64,000 nucleotides of DNA, taken from the NCBI GenBank assembly GCA_963706025.1, contig CAVPLM010000005.1, forward strand, positions 896,001-960,000, written 5' to 3'. This DNA is from an uncultured Actinomycetes bacterium. GTDB taxonomy: Bacteria; Actinomycetota; Thermoleophilia; RBG-16-64-13. A program made the translations under genes and the position numbers. A model generated the notes under the pieces. That model worked only from the letters and a program-made list of their open reading frames with translations, did no database searches and had not been told where the DNA came from. Each line of letters begins with the position of its first letter. Within the stretch, counting starts at the first letter, position 1. Positions 60,807-64,000 of the stretch are shown piece by piece.

Positions 60807-61746
60807 CAGCGGCCTCCCGCCCTGCCGGCGTTGCTGCGTTCGCCTCGGGCGCCGCCTCCGCCGCGCCCGCCGAGCCCTCCGAACCCTCGGGGTGGCTGTC
60901 GAGAGCGCCCTTCTTGCCCAGGACTATCTCCCCCAGGTACACGTCGATATTGGTCCTGACCGCGAACTCGCGGCTCTCGTACCCGTCGGCCTCGATCGTT
61001 ACGGTGAAGGTCTCGTCGGGCTCGAGCCCCTCGAACTCGAAATCGCCGTAGTTGTCGGCGAACACGGTCAGCGAGACCCCCGGGGCTTCCAGCGTGACTT
61101 CGGCTCCCTCGCCGCATCTGTCGCTGTCCCCGTAGACCACGGCTCCGGCGACGAACCGCTTGGGCAGGCCGATGTAGGTCACCTTGTCTCCCAGCCCATA
61201 CTCCGGATGCAAGGCCTCGGTCCGGCCCGACGCCACCAGCTTTGCCACCTCGCTCTCGGGGTCGTCGAGGTCACCGAAGATCAGGGCTCCAGTCGGGCAC
61301 GCTTCCACGCACCTCGGCTCTTTCCAGCCCCGATCCAGCAAGTGAGCGCAGAAGGTGCATTTTTGCGGGATCCGTCTTGCTTCGTTCCAGTAGATGACCC
61401 GGTAGGGACAACTGTTAACCAGTTGCTTCTGGCCCACGGCTTTTTCCGGATCGATAAGGATGATGCCGTCACCTCGCCGGTAGATGGCTCCGTCCTGGGC
61501 CGACTCGAGACAGGTCGCCTTCTCGCACTGGAGGCAGGGGATGGCCGTGTACGCCACCTTCACCTTGGGGTATTGGCCCCTTTCCTTCTCCACCAAGCGC
61601 ATCCAGTAATGGCCGGTCTGAGGCTGGGAAGCGGAATAGGGGAGGAAGTCATTGCCGCAGTGCTCGTCGCGGCAGGCCAGGAAACAGTTGTAACAGCCGT
61701 TGCATCTGGTGACGTCTACCACCATTCCGTATTTCTTCATGAGCAA
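60799..61746 (-). CDS. Transhydroxylase beta-subunit-like Fe-S protein with C-terminal Ig-like domain
   Basis: CNGCYNCFLACRDEH..ND, CPYRVIYWN, KCTFCAH..PRCVEACPT, DNYGDFEFEGL. Confidence 0.88.
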   Translation of the reverse strand: MLMKKYGMVVDVTRCNGCYNCFLACRDEHCGNDFLPYSASQPQTGHYWMRLVEKERGQYPKVKVAYTAIPCLQCEKATCLESAQDGAIYRRGDGIILIDPEKAVGQKQLVNSCPYRVIYWNEARRIPQKCTFCAHLLDRGWKEPRCVEACPTGALIFGDLDDPESEVAKLVASGRTEALHPEYGLGDKVTYIGLPKRFVAGAVVYGDSDRCGEGAEVTLEAPGVSLTVFADNYGDFEFEGLEPDETFTVTIEADGYESREFAVRTNIDVYLGEIVLGKKGALDSHPEGSEGSAGAAEAAPEANAATPAGREAADG

Positions 61747-61945
61747 CTCTTACCCATTCGACCACCCGTCTCGAACACCCTAGCCGCGGATCCGCAGCCA
61801 GCCTATCAGAACGGCTTCCTCGTCGTACCCAGCATGGTGGACCCAACGTCCGGCCGGCGACCGCGCGGACGGCTCGTCGGGATCTTCACGTGCCTGAGGC
61901 ACTCACCGTCCGTATATCCCCGCTTCCTGAAAACCAGACTGGTGG

Positions 61946-63761
61946 CTATTCTCCGATCTTGCCGAGGAGATTCCAGAGCATCTGAGCAACCTCGCCCCGG
62001 CTCGCGTTCTGGCTTTCGCTCCATCCGGACCCAAACCCCGTCAGTCCCGCCATCAGGCCGTTGTACTCAGCGATACGCAGGTTCGCTCCGTGCGGTTCGG
62101 GAACGCCCGCGAAGTAGCTCGGATGGCCCGGGGGCGGGTTCTGAAGCACGCCGGGCGCTTCGCTCACGGCCGCCCTCACGATCATACTCACGACCTGGTC
62201 TCGCCGGATGTAGTTCCAGGGAGCGAAAAGGCTCTGAGCCGGGTTGGTCCCGTTGGTAATGCCGTGGTCATAGGCCACCTGGACGTAGATGTGCGGATAT
62301 CCGAAGGCGTCGGGTGATCCGAGATCGAGAAAGCGCGTCTGGGTGGTTCCGGCCGGAGGAAGTCCCAAGGTGCCAACGATCATCTTGGCGAACTGTGCCC
62401 GCCTCACGGGATTCTGGGGGTCGAAGTACCGCTCGTCGCCGATCACGCGGGATCCGCTCACCACGCCGCCCCGATAGAGACCTTCTATAGCCTCCCGGTA
62501 GGGATGGAGCCAGGGCACGTCCACGAAGATGGGCTTTTCGGCGGTCGCTTTGAGGGCTACCCACAACTGATAGCCCTCCATCCCCCCCAGCCGGTTCCAG
62601 GCGACGCCGTCCGGACCGGCGAGGACGAACTCCTCATCGAACTCGTCGTCCGTCAGACGGACGGTGCTCCCGTCGATGATGTCGTGCGCCCAAACGTCAG
62701 CGACTCCCCCGTCGTCCTGGATCCAGGCGACGATGCCGTCGGAGACCTGAGCCCAATCGATCCGTCCTGGGCCCGCAAGCGTCTGGTCCGAGTCGGTCGA
62801 TAACCGGTGAAGCACGAGGGTGCTCAGTGAGCCCTGCTCAACAGACCACACCACATAGTCGTCATCGACCACCCTCACCATGTAGGGCAAGGGGAAGGAA
62901 CAGTTCTGCCCCGGTGGGGAGATGGCATAGACGGTGGTGGACTGCTCGTACATATCGTGGTAGTACACAGTCGTGGTGCCGTCGGCCGCCGAATGGAGCC
63001 AGACCCAATGACCGTCGCCAACCTGGCACCAGCCGTCGTCCTTGCCCCCATAGTAGTGGTAGGTGACCTCGTCCACCGTGTCGTAGAGATAGACCCAGCG
63101 CCCCTGGTCTCCCTGAGGAGCGTCATGCCAGCAGACGAATCTTCCGTCCGTGCTCACCCAGTCGAAGTCACCGTCGTCCCACGTGTTGCTGGTGAGCTGC
63201 CTGATCTCTTGGCTATCGATCAGGTAGAGGAATACCTCGAGGTCGTTCCCGTCACCTCCAGTCCAAGCTACGCAGTTGCCGGCGATCCGGGGACGTCCCT
63301 CGTCTTCGAGAGTTGTTGGTGAGGCGGGTAGTCTGGTCGGTGGCAAGGTTACGGAGGAAGATCTCGTAGTCACCGTCGGCTTTCGCACTCCAGACGGCGT
63401 ATGAGCCGTCCATGTCGGCCAAGCCGTCCTCGTACTCGTTGAAGGTAAGCTGGTCGACCGAGTCGGCCCCGATGTCGTACACATACAGCTCGGCCTGGGA
63501 ATCTTCGCCCGCGCTGAAAAGCAGGTAGTTTTCAGTCAACTTGTAGGGGAGGATGTAGGACGATTCGAACGGTACCTGAATCACGTTCCAGTCGACGGCG
63601 AGAGCGGGCCGCGGACTCCACGATCCTCCCTGTCCCCCCCAGACGGCCAGCAAGACGCCCGCCAAGACCGCGGCCATCACTAGCACGAGCCGTGTACCGT
63701 GGACTGGACAGCGACCTCCGGTCGCATCCTGATGGTCGACCATATCTCGGGACGGAATCAT
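61946..63761 (-). CDS. Secreted TolB-like propeller + SLH protein (frameshift near 63310)
   Basis: Signal peptide, QLT.N..ED repeats, FVDVPWLHPYREAI, RRAQFAKMI, NASRGEVAQMLWNL. Confidence 0.82.
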
Positions 63762-64000
63762 GGAGTGCCCCCTCTCCCCGCGTTCTTTGCGCCGCTCCAC
63801 AACAATAGCTCAAGATCGACTCGACAGCGACCATCGCCGCCTGTCTCCTAGCCAACTCCGGCCCTGTTGATCCCGACGGCTCCCATGTCTTACCCGGGCT
63901 GCTCCCCGGCATTGCGGGCACCGCACCCTTTGCGGTGATTCAGCAGGCACTTGTCCCCACCGTGCTACGCTTGCGCCGTCGACACCCGGCGGAGAGGAGT

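Overview
High-GC window, probably from an anaerobic Actinomycetota (Thermoleophilia/Coriobacteriia-like) genome; the taxonomy is inferred from the Gram-positive-type SOS boxes, TANNNT promoters and gene content. Single-base indels in homopolymers break about ten genes, which looks like long-read error. 0-11 kb holds housekeeping and surface genes (Fpg-like, rpiA, sigma-1/ERG2-like, two SLH proteins). 11-22 kb holds a LexA-boxed, insertion-rich dnaE2 whose 3' end recurs twice downstream as diverged copies; defence/TA cargo (RhuM-Fic, DUF433/DUF5615, TOTE-type primase-helicase) lies between the copies, with no integrase. 22-40 kb is a mosaic of TA modules, duplications and remnants, and includes a UGA-readthrough DsbA-like selenoprotein missed by the ORF track. 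40-64 kb is anaerobic catabolism: amidohydrolases, an SDR, a Liv-type ABC importer, a LuxR regulator, a molybdopterin enzyme and a pyrogallol-transhydroxylase-like operon, plus a third SLH protein. No rRNA, tRNA, CRISPR array, integrase or transposase was seen. Family names are from motif recognition, not database searches.
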